Assembly: GCA_017447445.1 (NCBI GenBank)
Contig: JAFSNK010000021.1
Coordinates: 39,390-103,389, forward strand
From: Clostridia bacterium
GTDB taxonomy: Bacteria > Bacillota > Clostridia > Oscillospirales > CAG-382
Length of the DNA: 64,000 nucleotides
Reading direction: 5' to 3'
The notes beneath the pieces are model-generated. The model saw only the letters and a list, made by a program, of their open reading frames with translations. It did not search any database and had not been told where the DNA came from. Below, one piece after another: positions 17,172 to 27,046 of the stretch. The translations under genes were made by a program, and so were the position numbers. Every line of letters begins with the position of its first letter. Within the stretch, counting starts at the first letter, position 1.

Positions 17172-19088
17172 TTATTCCTCCAGAGCCGTTATTTCGTCTC
17201 CCAGGGCTATCATTTCGTCCAGCAGGGAGGATATACGGTATTCGGTTTCCTGTATCTGCGAATAAAGCTCGTTCAGTTCTTCGTAATCGCTCGAATTCAA
17301 AAGCGAATCGGCTTTTGCTTTTAACCTCGCCAGTTTTTCCTCTGCCTCGGCGGATTCCTTTTCCGCTGTCAGCAGTTTGTTTTTCGCGGAGCGAAGCCGG
17401 TTTTTGCGCATCTTCGCTTCCTCGTAATCGGTTTTGTTCTGCGAAACCGTTTTCTCCTTCTCATCCGGGGCGGATACCGCGCCGCGCGCCGCGAGGAAAT
17501 CGTTATAGCCGCATCCGAAAACGCGATATCCCTCCGGATAAGCGAATTTATTTATCTCCAGCACGGAAGTCGCAAGCCGGCTTATAAAGTATCTGTCGTG
17601 CGAGACGGCGACAAGCGTTCCGTCAAAGCTTTCAAGCGCGTCTTCCAGCGTCTCGCGCGATTCTATGTCAAGATGATTCGTCGGTTCGTCGAGCACGAGC
17701 AGACTCACACCGCGCATAACGAGCTTCGCTATCGACAAACGCGCGCGTTCGCCGCCGGAAAGCACGGATATCGGCTTGAAAACGTCCTCTCCGCGGAAAC
17801 CGAACCTCGCGAGGTAGGAACGCACAGCCGTTTCGGTAAGCTCCGGGAACGCGCCCCACAGCTCTTCTATCACGTCGACGCTCTGATCGAGCAGTTTTTG
17901 TTCCTGGTCGTAATAACCTACCGTCTGGTTGTAACCGAGCTCGCACACGCCTTTGTCCGGCGTGATCCTTCCCGTTATTATCTTAAGCATCGTCGATTTG
18001 CCGCAGCCGTTCGCGCCGAACACGAAAAGCCGCTCGCCGCGGTGCAGCTCGAACGACACGTTTTCAAAAAGGTCGTTGCCGGGGTAGGACATCGAAAGCC
18101 CGCGAACCGAAAGCACGTCCTCAGCCATCGCCCCGGTGCCGCCGATAGAGAACGAAATTCCTTTTTCGCGCTCGTCCGGCTTTTGCAGTTTTATCATTTT
18201 GTCGATAGTCTTCTGCCTGCTCTCCGCCGCGATAATGTTCTTTTCGCGGTTCCACTTGCGCTGATTTGCGATAAACGCTTCCAGCCGCGCTATCTCTTTC
18301 TGCTGCAGCTCGTAATGCTTCAACTGCGTTTCGTCAAGCGCCTTGCGTTTTTCGCGGAAAACGCTGTAGTTGCCGTCGTATATGCGGGAAACGCCCTTTC
18401 TTATCTCCAGGGTGCGTCCGGTGACCTTATCCAGAAAATATCTGTCGTGCGAAATGATCAGGAACGTTTTTTTGGACGCCGTTATAAAGCTTTCCAGCCA
18501 GTCGCAGGCGTCGTAATCAAGATGGTTAGTCGGCTCGTCGAGCAGTATCACGTCCGGCTCGGAAAGCAAAAGCTTCGCAAGCAGCAGCTTCGTTTTCTGA
18601 CCGCCGCTTAAAGAATCGGCGCCTCGGGACATATCGCTTTCCGAAAACCCGAACCGCGCGAGCAGCGATCTCGTCTTCGCCCGGAACTCGTTGCCGCCGT
18701 TCGATATGTATTTTTCGTTTTCGGCGGTAAACGCGGGTATAAGCCCGGATTCACCGGCTTCTATCCTCTTTCTCAGCTCTTCGGTGCGGGCTTCGCATTC
18801 CAGCAGGGAAGTAAACGCCTCCAGCGCCGATTCAAATACGCTCTTGCCGAAGCGGTGCGAATCGTTTATCTGCTCCAGTATTCCTATCCTCGTCCCCTGC
18901 GCGACGAACACCTTGCCTTCGCTCTGCGCGGTATTTCCGCAAATTATCGAAAACAGCGTGGATTTGCCCGCGCCGTTAACGCCGATAACGCCGACTTTGT
19001 CGCCGGCGTTCACGGAAAAGGTTATGTCTTTAAGAATATCGTCGCTTCCGTACGAGAGCGCGACGCCGCTGCAGGAAATGATTATCAT
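17172..19088 (-). CDS. ABC-F family ATPase (two ABC cassettes, C-terminal coiled coil)
   Basis: 638 aa. Two Walker A sites (GVNGAGKST, GANGCGKST), two LSGG signatures, a linker between the cassettes and no TM segments. Confidence 0.85.
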   Translation of the reverse strand: MIIISCSGVALSYGSDDILKDITFSVNAGDKVGVIGVNGAGKSTLFSIICGNTAQSEGKVFVAQGTRIGILEQINDSHRFGKSVFESALEAFTSLLECEARTEELRKRIEAGESGLIPAFTAENEKYISNGGNEFRAKTRSLLARFGFSESDMSRGADSLSGGQKTKLLLAKLLLSEPDVILLDEPTNHLDYDACDWLESFITASKKTFLIISHDRYFLDKVTGRTLEIRKGVSRIYDGNYSVFREKRKALDETQLKHYELQQKEIARLEAFIANQRKWNREKNIIAAESRQKTIDKMIKLQKPDEREKGISFSIGGTGAMAEDVLSVRGLSMSYPGNDLFENVSFELHRGERLFVFGANGCGKSTMLKIITGRITPDKGVCELGYNQTVGYYDQEQKLLDQSVDVIEELWGAFPELTETAVRSYLARFGFRGEDVFKPISVLSGGERARLSIAKLVMRGVSLLVLDEPTNHLDIESRETLEDALESFDGTLVAVSHDRYFISRLATSVLEINKFAYPEGYRVFGCGYNDFLAARGAVSAPDEKEKTVSQNKTDYEEAKMRKNRLRSAKNKLLTAEKESAEAEEKLARLKAKADSLLNSSDYEELNELYSQIQETEYRISSLLDEMIALGDEITALEE

Positions 19089-19198
19089 AAACTAAAAACT
19101 TCTCCCGCCGCTATTCTATCATATACGTTATAAAAAGTCAATCGCCCCCGCGGCGAATTGCGCGCGGGGACGATGCTGCCGTTTTTGCTCTTTTCGTT

Positions 19199-19414
19199 TC
19201 AGTCGAGCGCCGGGGCGGCGACTTCGCGTTTTCTGAAGAATAAGCTTATAAGCCAAAGCCCGCTTATTGCGACGAGCGAGTATATTATCCTGCTCGCAAG
19301 CATGCCCTGACCGCCGAATATCCACGCGACTATATCAAAATCGAAAAGTCCGATCGAGCCCCAGTTGACCGCACCGATTATGACCAAAAGCAAAGCGATT
19401 CTGTCAACAATCAT
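19199..19414 (-). CDS. DUF378 family small membrane protein
   Basis: Start at MIVDRIALLLVIIGAVNWG (GGAGG 8 nt upstream). The IGAxNWG motif is characteristic of DUF378. Confidence 0.65.
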   Translation of the reverse strand: MIVDRIALLLVIIGAVNWGSIGLFDFDIVAWIFGGQGMLASRIIYSLVAISGLWLISLFFRKREVAAPALD

Positions 19415-19527
19415 TTTTCCGTCCTCCCGCAGTTTATTATTTGCCGTTGAAATAGAATTATTCGTTGACAAATATGCAAAATATGTTTATAATCTTTTCG
19501 ATAAAACTGTTCAAGGAGGCGGCGTTT

Positions 19528-20178
19528 ATGCGTATGCGCCCGAAGAAAAACCGCGACCGCCGCATGGAACGCGTAAGCTCACTGCTCGTGCTGCGCGATG
19601 AAAACGGCGGCGTGGATATTCCCGCCACGTTTGGCTGCGATTGCCGCATCTCGCTTGAGATCGGCTGCGGCAAAGGCGCGTTTATAAAAGAGCTCGCCGC
19701 CCGCGAACCCGGCAGGCGTTTTATCGCCGCCGAGCTCGTTCCCGACGTGCTGATGATGGCAATGGAAAAGGCGTACGACGCCGGGAGCCCGAACCTCCGT
19801 TTCCTGCACTGCAACGCGGAATCCATCGATTCGCTTATCCCATCCGGCAGCGTCGAAACGCTTTACCTCAACTTTTCCGATCCCTGGCCGAAAAAGCGCA
19901 ACGCCAAACGCCGTTTAACAAGCCCGGCTTTTCTGGAACGATATAAAAAGATACTCGCCCCGGGCGGAAAGATAGTTTTCAAAACAGACAACAAGGGGCT
20001 TTTCGATTATTCGCTCGAAACCTTCACTCAATGCGGCTACGCCGTTACAGACGTTTGTTTTGACCTGCACGGCGATCCTGTGCTTTCAAAGGAGAATATA
20101 GAAACCGAATACGAAAAGAACTTTTCTGCAAAGGGTTTTCTTATAAACAGGCTGGTTGCCGTGCTTCCGTCCGATTGA
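19528..20178 (+). CDS. trmB: tRNA (guanine-N7)-methyltransferase
   Basis: LEIGCGKGAF SAM motif and LNFSDPWPKKR motif. Start at ATG 19528 with GGAGG 8 nt upstream. Confidence 0.85.
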   Translation: MRMRPKKNRDRRMERVSSLLVLRDENGGVDIPATFGCDCRISLEIGCGKGAFIKELAAREPGRRFIAAELVPDVLMMAMEKAYDAGSPNLRFLHCNAESIDSLIPSGSVETLYLNFSDPWPKKRNAKRRLTSPAFLERYKKILAPGGKIVFKTDNKGLFDYSLETFTQCGYAVTDVCFDLHGDPVLSKENIETEYEKNFSAKGFLINRLVAVLPSD

Positions 20179-20210
20179 GCGTATGCCGGAACGAATATAT
20201 ACTTTATTGT

Positions 20211-20245
20211 AAAAATGCACGAGGCGGGGAGCAATCCCCGCCTCG
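20211..20245 (-). terminator. Terminator downstream of the AraC-family gene
   Basis: CGAGGCGGGGA / TCCCCGCCTCG 11-bp stem. On the minus strand it is followed by TGCATTTTT. Confidence 0.7.
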
Positions 20246-20260
20246 ATTCCGGATTATTAG

Positions 20261-21307
20261 TCAGTCCGGTATAAACTGTCTCGTTGAAGGCATATTCTGC
20301 CAAACGGTACCGTCGGCAATGTAATATTTTCTCTCGACCACGCCGCCGACCGTGTGGTAATCAATAACAAAGACCTGCCCTATCTGAAAACGGATCGGCG
20401 GATAATTGTTGTAAGGCAGAACATCCCCGAGCCGATTGCAATCTTCAAACTCGTCTCCGACGTTTTCAAGCCGCCAATACTCACGTTTTGTCGCATACGT
20501 CGACCAGCTTGACATATCCTGCTCACCAAAGTAACTCGCCTTGTATTTTCTGCCCGCAACCGTCAGAGTGTCTTTTCTGATCGGCGACATTTCACGGGGC
20601 ACAAACTCACTTGTCGAGGGCATATCCTGCCACACGGTTCCGTCGGCAATATAATACTTTCTCTCCACTGTACCGTCGAATTTGTGATAGTCAACGACAA
20701 AAACCTGGCCGATTTGAATATCAATCGGAGGATAATTGTTATAGGGCAGCACCTGATTGAGCATAAAACGATTCTTGAAATCGTCTCCGACGTTTTCAAG
20801 CCGCCAATACTCACGTTTTGTCGCATACTCCGACCAGCTTGACATATCATGCTCGCCAAAGTAACTCGCCTCGTACTCTTTTCCGTCCACCATAATGCGT
20901 TCTGTTCTGATCTTATCCATAACCGTTTTGGCGCTTACTTGAAAAACAAGCTTCGGAAAAACATTCAGAAAATTGCCGCTGTCCGACGCATTGCCCGGGT
21001 TGAATCCGTGAAAGCTTTGAAACGCTCTTGCAAATGATACCGGCGACTCATAGCCGTATTTGAGCGCGGTAGCAAGCACCTTTGCGTTATCATATTTCAA
21101 TTCCGTTCCCGCTTTTGTCAGTCTCCGCTTTCTGATATAATCGGAAAGAGTAATTTCGGCTATTAGAGAAAACAATCTGCCCAGATCAAAGAACGAACAG
21201 CACGCGATCTGCGCAAGTTTATCCTGTTCAATTTCTTCAGTCAAATGATTTTCGATATAGTCGATCACCGCATTAAGCTTTTCCGCTGTATTCATCATAG
21301 CGCTCAT
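20261..21307 (-). CDS. AraC-family transcriptional regulator: N-terminal HTH, C-terminal tandem duplication of an unassigned 110-aa domain
   Basis: The N-terminal ~105 aa carry the AraC HTH pattern (...LSDYIRKRRLTKA...GYESPVSFARAFQSFHGFNP). Residues ~134-243 and ~244-348 are about 75 percent identical to each other. Confidence 0.8.
   Translation of the reverse strand: MSAMMNTAEKLNAVIDYIENHLTEEIEQDKLAQIACCSFFDLGRLFSLIAEITLSDYIRKRRLTKAGTELKYDNAKVLATALKYGYESPVSFARAFQSFHGFNPGNASDSGNFLNVFPKLVFQVSAKTVMDKIRTERIMVDGKEYEASYFGEHDMSSWSEYATKREYWRLENVGDDFKNRFMLNQVLPYNNYPPIDIQIGQVFVVDYHKFDGTVERKYYIADGTVWQDMPSTSEFVPREMSPIRKDTLTVAGRKYKASYFGEQDMSSWSTYATKREYWRLENVGDEFEDCNRLGDVLPYNNYPPIRFQIGQVFVIDYHTVGGVVERKYYIADGTVWQNMPSTRQFIPD
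20264..20908 (-). repeat. Intragenic 330-bp tandem duplication (two copies)
   Basis: A 48-nt block TCGTCTCCGACGTTTTCAAGCCGCCAATACTCACGTTTTGTCGCATAC occurs identically at 20451-20498 and 20781-20828 (offset 330). The flanking sequence is similar with scattered substitutions. Confidence 0.85.
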
Positions 21308-21547
21308 CTCCCTTCGAGGTCATTATACAGAAAGTCAAAACATAAAACGCAACTTTTTCTGCAAAGATTTGTTTCTTCTTGCGGCTTTATCCTCATCTTA
21401 TCTATTATAAACGACCCTGCAAATCTCAAATTCAGTTAAAACATCGGTATCACATCTTCTATTGACTATCTTGACGTTATTTGGAATCCGTCCGAAATCA
21501 ATATAACATAAAAGCGTTAAAAAATTCCAAAGCTGAGTATAAACAAA

Positions 21548-21580
21548 AAACAGGGGCTGCCTCTTATCGCGACAGCCCCC
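21548..21580 (-). terminator. Terminator after murE
   Basis: GGGGCTG / CAGCCCC stem. On the minus strand it is followed by TGTTTTTTG. Confidence 0.6.
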
Positions 21581-21611
21581 AAGCGGGCTTTTTTGATTTA
21601 TATTGAAACGC

Positions 21612-23072
21612 TTATTCCATGCCGAGCGCCTGACGAACGACAAGCCGTTCGTCAAACGGGTGCTTTTCACCGTTTATCTCCTCGTACATTTCGTGCCCTT
21701 TGCCGATAAGCAGCACTACGTCGCCCTCGCCCGCCTGCTCCAGCGCGTATTTAATGGCTTTTCGCCTGTCTGGGATTATTTCGTACCTGCCGTCGGTCTT
21801 GCGCATACCTATAAGTATATCGGCGATGATATCGTCCACGCTTTCGTAGCGCGAGTTATCCGAAGTGATGACCGAAAGATCGGAGTTCCTGCCGATCACC
21901 TCGCCCATCGAATAGCGGCGCAGTTTGGAACGGTTGCCGCCGCAGCCGAATACCGAAATAACTCTGTTCGGGTTATAAAGCCGTATGGTGTCGAAAAGCG
22001 TTTTAACGCTGAATTCGTTATGCGCGAAGTCGATTATTACCGTGTATTCTTTTCCTACGGGGACTATTTCCATCCTGCCTTTGACGAAAGCGGCGGAAAG
22101 CCCTTTTTTGATCGCTTCGTAACCTATTCCGTCCTGCCTTGCGGCGGCTATGGCGCCTATCGCATTGTAAAGCGAGAAATAACCCGGGGTGTTAAGGTCT
22201 ATCTCCGTCTTCGTTTCGCCCTCCACGCAGGTGAACTCTGTTTTAAGACGGTTCCTGCCGGTTGTGAAAGAGGGGGAAGCGAAGCGGTAATCCGCGCCGT
22301 CTCCCGCGCCGAACGTTATATGGTTACCGGAGGTCCCGGCTGTGATATCTTCGTAATACTCGCTGTCCGCGTTCACTATCATCCGTTCCGACTGAGTGAA
22401 TATCAGCTTCTTGCAGGCGAGGTATTCCGCGAAATCCTTGTGCTCCGCGGCGCCGATATGGTCCGGGGAGAGGTTGGTGAATATACCGGTATTGAATTTG
22501 ATGCCGTAGGTCCTGTCGAGCTTGAACCCCTGCGAGGTCGCTTCTATAACCGCGGTATCGCAGCCATCGCGCAGCATTTCGGCAAAGAATTTGTGCAGCA
22601 GATAGGATTCCGGCGTGGAATTTTCTATATCGTATCTCGTTTCGCCTATATAAACTCCGGTGGAGCCGATAACTCCGACCTTGTGCCCGGCGGCCTCGTA
22701 AATGCTTTTAAGCATAAAGGAAGTGCTCGTTTTGCCTTTGGTCCCGGTTATGCCGATAATGTTAAGCTTTTCGGCGGGCCTGCCGAAAAGGTTCGCGCTT
22801 GCCAGCGCCAGAAGACGGCGGGTGTTTTCCACTTTAAGTATAACGGCGTCACCGGGGAGGGTAATATCCTTTTCGCAGGCGAAGATCCGCGCCCCGCGCC
22901 GGTATGCTTCCGCCGCGAAGCTGTGGCCGTCCACCTGAAAGCCCTTTATGCAGACGAACAGAGTGTCTTCGCGCGCCTTGCGGGAATCGTAAACGACGTC
23001 GTCCACTTTAAGCGTGCTGTCGTAATATCCGCTACGGAAATCTATATCTCTTAAAATCTCGCCGAGTTTCAT
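21612..23072 (-). CDS. murE: UDP-N-acetylmuramoyl-L-alanyl-D-glutamate--2,6-diaminopimelate ligase (MurE)
   Basis: 486 aa with GITGTKGKTST P-loop and Mur ligase middle and C-terminal domains. SDNSR sits at the position of the DNPR DAP-selectivity motif, so the substrate assignment is tentative. Confidence 0.8.
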   Translation of the reverse strand: MKLGEILRDIDFRSGYYDSTLKVDDVVYDSRKAREDTLFVCIKGFQVDGHSFAAEAYRRGARIFACEKDITLPGDAVILKVENTRRLLALASANLFGRPAEKLNIIGITGTKGKTSTSFMLKSIYEAAGHKVGVIGSTGVYIGETRYDIENSTPESYLLHKFFAEMLRDGCDTAVIEATSQGFKLDRTYGIKFNTGIFTNLSPDHIGAAEHKDFAEYLACKKLIFTQSERMIVNADSEYYEDITAGTSGNHITFGAGDGADYRFASPSFTTGRNRLKTEFTCVEGETKTEIDLNTPGYFSLYNAIGAIAAARQDGIGYEAIKKGLSAAFVKGRMEIVPVGKEYTVIIDFAHNEFSVKTLFDTIRLYNPNRVISVFGCGGNRSKLRRYSMGEVIGRNSDLSVITSDNSRYESVDDIIADILIGMRKTDGRYEIIPDRRKAIKYALEQAGEGDVVLLIGKGHEMYEEINGEKHPFDERLVVRQALGME

Positions 23073-23242
23073 ATCGCGCCCCCAAGTAACAGATTCGGTT
23101 TATTTCTTTTCTATTATAACATTTTATTCGGATATTTCAATACGGTGTTAAAATTTTTTTGAAAATATGGCTAAAATTGAAATAAGTACTCGACAAGCGG
23201 AAAAATGTATGCTATAATTATATCCAAATACAGGTAAACTCT

Positions 23243-23836
23243 GTGGAGGCGGCTTTGAACAACGGATTTTACGCAATGCTGTTCCGTATGAAGCATATAA
23301 ACCGCTGGGGCATAATGCACTCGCTCATTCCGGACAAGCTTTCTACGCACTCGCTCGAGGTGGCGTTCATAGCGCACGCGCTGGCTCTTATCGGCAACGA
23401 AATGTACGGCAAAGGATACGACGCGGACAGGATCGCCGTAAAGGCGATGTATCACGACGTTCCGGAGATATTCACCGGAGATATTCCCACGCCCGTAAAG
23501 TATTACAGCGAGGAGACCAAAAGCGCCTACGACCGGGTGGAGGAAGCTTCGGTCGAAAAGCTTTTAAGTATGCTTCCGCCGGAACTTAAAAACGAATATT
23601 CCGGCGTTTTTACGCATACGGAGGACGAGCACCGGCTTATAAAAGCCGCGGACCGTATATCCGCCTATATAAAATGCCGCGAGGAGATACGTTACGGCAG
23701 CAACGAATTCATCGAAGCGTCCGAACGGCTGCTCGCCGCCATAAAGGATATGCGATGCGCGGAGGCGGACGTTTTTATGCGAGAGTTCCTCGAAGCGTTC
23801 GATAAACCCATCGATTCGATTCTTTCCGAAAAATAA
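23243..23836 (+). CDS. HD-domain 5'-deoxynucleotidase (YfbR-like)
   Basis: RMKHINRW...HSLEVAFIAHAL...YHDVPEIFTGDIPTP is the YfbR HD pattern. The exact start is uncertain (GTG 23243 or the nearby TTG after GGAGG). Confidence 0.7.
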   Translation: MEAALNNGFYAMLFRMKHINRWGIMHSLIPDKLSTHSLEVAFIAHALALIGNEMYGKGYDADRIAVKAMYHDVPEIFTGDIPTPVKYYSEETKSAYDRVEEASVEKLLSMLPPELKNEYSGVFTHTEDEHRLIKAADRISAYIKCREEIRYGSNEFIEASERLLAAIKDMRCAEADVFMREFLEAFDKPIDSILSEK

Positions 23837-23875
23837 AAGTTTTCAATATATTTCATTTATGAAAGGAACAAAAAA

Positions 23876-24667
23876 ATGAAAATCGGTCTTATCTCTGATT
23901 CCTTCCGTCTTCCGTTCGCGGAAAGCATCAAAGCGGCGTCCAAGCTGGGCGTCAGCGGCGTGCAGAAGTACATGACCGGCGGCGAATTCTCCGCCGACGT
24001 GCTGTTCGGCGACAAGCTTAAGGAAGTTAAGGACATCATGAACTCCAACGGTCTCGTCTTCTCGGCGATCTGCGGCGACTTCGGTGTGGATCTCGACAAC
24101 GACGAAGTCGTCGAAAAATCCATGAGAGTGCTTGAAAAGGCAAAAGTGCTCGACTGCCACATCGTAACCACCCATATCGGTCATCTTTACGAAGAAGAAG
24201 ACGCGAGAATGGAAAAGATCAGAAAGAACGCGAGGAAGCTCGCCGAATTCGCGGACAGCATCGGTTCCTATTTTGCCGCCGAGACCGGCACCGAAAAAGC
24301 GCCCGTGCTCAAATCGTTCCTCGATTCGCTCGGAGCGAAAGGTCTGCGCGTCAACTACGACCCGGCGAACCTCGTAATGGTCGCCGCGGACGATCCCGTC
24401 GCCGGAGTTTACACCCTGCGCGATTACATCGTCCACACCCACGCGAAGGACGGTATAAAGACCGGCGATAAGACCTGGCTGGAGCTTCCGCTCGGTCAGG
24501 GCGGCGTCGATTTCGACAAATACATCGCCGCGCTTAACGATATCGGATATACCGGATACCTCACCATCGAGCGCGAAGTGGGCGACGATCCCGCCGCCGA
24601 TATAGGAATGGCTGTCGGATTCCTTACCGACAAGCTTTCCAAGCTCGGCATCCCGCTTGAAAAATGA
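23876..24667 (+). CDS. Sugar phosphate isomerase/epimerase (xylose isomerase-like TIM barrel)
   Basis: 263 aa with the general AP_endonuc_2 pattern (...HIGHL..., ...NYDPANL..., ...HAKD..., ...LTIERE...). Confidence 0.65.
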   Translation: MKIGLISDSFRLPFAESIKAASKLGVSGVQKYMTGGEFSADVLFGDKLKEVKDIMNSNGLVFSAICGDFGVDLDNDEVVEKSMRVLEKAKVLDCHIVTTHIGHLYEEEDARMEKIRKNARKLAEFADSIGSYFAAETGTEKAPVLKSFLDSLGAKGLRVNYDPANLVMVAADDPVAGVYTLRDYIVHTHAKDGIKTGDKTWLELPLGQGGVDFDKYIAALNDIGYTGYLTIEREVGDDPAADIGMAVGFLTDKLSKLGIPLEK

Positions 24668-25518
24668 AAACCGACTCGGCGTCTGAAAAACGCTTTTGCG
24701 GCAAAACCGCGGTAGTTACCGGCGGAGGCGGAGTGCTTTGCTCCGTCTTCTGCCGCGCGCTTGCCGAAAACGGGTGTTCCGTCGCGGTGTTAGACCTTAA
24801 AGAGGAAAGCGCGAAAGCCGTTGCGCAGAGCATAAACGAAGCCGGCGGCAGGGCGATAGGTATTTCCGCCAACGTGCTGGATAAACAGTCGCTCGCCGCA
24901 GCTTGCGAACGTGTAAAAACCGAATTCGGCGGGGTGGATATCCTGGTAAACGGCGCGGGCGGCAACAATCCGCGCGCCACTACGGATAAAGAATACCTCG
25001 AAGCTTCGGATTTTGCGCCGGAGCACAAAGCCCGCACTTTTCTGGACCTTTCCAAAGAGGATATCGGGTTCGTTTTCGACCTGAACTGTCTCGGCACCGT
25101 TCTGCCCACGCAGGCGTTCCTTCCGGCGATGAACGGCGGGGGAGTGATAATCAATATCACTTCGATGAACGCTTTCCGTCCTCTTACCAAAATACCGGCG
25201 TATTCCGCCGCGAAAAGCGCGGTATCCAATCTAACAATGTGGCTCGCCGTGCATCTTTCGAAGCTCGGTATAAGGGTAAACGCCATTGCGCCCGGCTTCT
25301 TCGTTACCGCGCAGAACAAAAATCTGCTTTATAACGAAAACGGCGCGCCCACGGAACGGACCGAAAAGATACTGCGCGGCACTCCGATGCGCCGATTCGG
25401 CGAACCGGAAGAGCTTGTCGGCACCCTGCTTTTTCTGTGCGACAACACGGCTTCCGGCTTTGTGAACGGCGCCGTGATCCCCGTAGACGGCGGATTTTCC
25501 GCGTATTCCGGAGTATGA
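24664..25518 (+). CDS. SDR-family oxidoreductase, UxuB/YjmF-like (putative D-mannonate/fructuronate oxidoreductase)
   Basis: TGGGGVLC Rossmann motif, NGAGGN and YSAAK catalytic motifs. The long loop after NGAGGNNP is typical of UxuB-type SDRs. The start overlaps the upstream stop (ATGA). Confidence 0.65.
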   Translation: MKTDSASEKRFCGKTAVVTGGGGVLCSVFCRALAENGCSVAVLDLKEESAKAVAQSINEAGGRAIGISANVLDKQSLAAACERVKTEFGGVDILVNGAGGNNPRATTDKEYLEASDFAPEHKARTFLDLSKEDIGFVFDLNCLGTVLPTQAFLPAMNGGGVIINITSMNAFRPLTKIPAYSAAKSAVSNLTMWLAVHLSKLGIRVNAIAPGFFVTAQNKNLLYNENGAPTERTEKILRGTPMRRFGEPEELVGTLLFLCDNTASGFVNGAVIPVDGGFSAYSGV

Positions 25519-25520
25519 CG

Positions 25521-27041
25521 ATGCAAAGAAAGATAAGCGTTTTCGATACGACTCTTCGCGACGGCGAGCAGATGCCCGGCGTCAATATGAATATCGGCGA
25601 AAAGCTTCGTATCGCATATAATCTCGAACGGCTCGGCGTCGATATAATCGAAGCGGGCTTTCCCGCCGCGTCGCAGAACGATATGCGCGCCGTGGAGAAG
25701 ATCGCCGAAAATATCTCGGGTTCCGCGATCGCCGCGCTCGCAAGGGCGGATAAAGCGGATATCGACGCGGCAGTAAAAGCTTTGCAAAAAGCGAAAAGCG
25801 GCCTGCTTCATATATTTATCGCGACGAGCGACATACATCTGAAACACAAGCTCGGCAAAACGCGCGAACAGCTTTTGGATACGGTGCGCGAAGCTGTATC
25901 ATACGGCAGATCGCTTTACGGAAACGTTCAGTTCTCCGCGGAGGACGCCAGCAGGAGCGACCCGGATTTCCTTATTGAAGTATTCAAAACCGCGGTTGAA
26001 TGCGGCGCGGGATCTGTCTGCATTCCCGATACCGTCGGCTATTCCGTGCCGGATGAATTCGGCGCCTTGGTAAAACGCGTCGTCAACGCTTTGGGCGGCG
26101 TCCCGGTATCGGTACATTGCCACAACGACTTGGGGCTTGCCGTCGCAAACACGCTTGCCGCCATCGAAAACGGCGCTTCGCGCTTCGACTGCACGGTAAA
26201 CGGGATCGGCGAAAGGGCGGGCAACGCCTCGCTCGAGGAAACCGTTATGGCGCTTAAAACCCGCGGCGACGTGTTCGGCGTCCGCACCGGGATCGACACG
26301 TCGATGCTTTCAAAAGTAAGCAAGACCGTCGCTTCGGTCACCGGCGTCTATATCCCGCCGAACAAGGCGATAGTCGGCTCCAACGCGTTCTCGCACGAAT
26401 CCGGGATACATCAGCACGGCGTTCTGAACGATCCGCAGACTTACGAGATAATCGATCCCCGCACGGTAGGCATAAGATCCGGCACGATTGTTCTTGGCAA
26501 ACTCTCAGGGCATCACGCTTTCGAAGAAAAGCTCGCGGAGCTGGATATAAAACAGCCGCAGAGCATTACCGAAGCGGCTTACAAAGCTTTTAAGGACCTT
26601 GCCTGCAGAAAGAGCAGGATCGACGACGACGATATACGCGCCCTTATTGAGGAAGCTATAATCGATTCGCATATAGTCGACGGCTACGAGCTTGAATCCT
26701 ACCAGACTCAAAGCGGCGACAGGATAAAGGCGATGGCGATGATAACCGTTTCGCGGCAGGGAAGTATATATACCGAGGCTGCGACCGGAGAAGGCCCCAT
26801 AGACGCCTGCTTCAACGCCCTTAACAGAATAGTCGGTAAAGATTACAAGCTTATAAATTACGGAATAAAAGCCGTCACCGGAGGCACGGACGCTTTGGGC
26901 GAAGTGCGCGTCCGTATTGCCGACGGCGAAAACGAATACGTCGGCAAAGGCGTATCCACAGATATAATCAAGTCAAGCATTAAATCATATATAAACGCAA
27001 TCAACAGAGCGATGTGTACAGAAATAATTAATGGAGGTTAA
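25521..27041 (+). CDS. leuA: 2-isopropylmalate synthase family enzyme (LeuA or CimA type)
   Basis: [29 protein letters not shown] and a C-terminal LeuA-dimer domain ([12 protein letters not shown]...GTDALGEV). The start is ambiguous between ATG 25515 (ATGA overlap with the SDR stop) and ATG 25521 (better SD spacing). Confidence 0.75.
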   Translation: MQRKISVFDTTLRDGEQMPGVNMNIGEKLRIAYNLERLGVDIIEAGFPAASQNDMRAVEKIAENISGSAIAALARADKADIDAAVKALQKAKSGLLHIFIATSDIHLKHKLGKTREQLLDTVREAVSYGRSLYGNVQFSAEDASRSDPDFLIEVFKTAVECGAGSVCIPDTVGYSVPDEFGALVKRVVNALGGVPVSVHCHNDLGLAVANTLAAIENGASRFDCTVNGIGERAGNASLEETVMALKTRGDVFGVRTGIDTSMLSKVSKTVASVTGVYIPPNKAIVGSNAFSHESGIHQHGVLNDPQTYEIIDPRTVGIRSGTIVLGKLSGHHAFEEKLAELDIKQPQSITEAAYKAFKDLACRKSRIDDDDIRALIEEAIIDSHIVDGYELESYQTQSGDRIKAMAMITVSRQGSIYTEAATGEGPIDACFNALNRIVGKDYKLINYGIKAVTGGTDALGEVRVRIADGENEYVGKGVSTDIIKSSIKSYINAINRAMCTEIINGG

Positions 27042-27046
27042 TTTTT

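Noticed and set aside
21398-21670. 90-aa ORF in the 300-bp AraC-murE intergenic region, overlapping the murE 3' end
   Set aside because: It runs across the murE terminator hairpin and into murE, with no RBS and no recognisable features. The intergenic region itself showed no riboswitch-like conserved motif that I could recognise.
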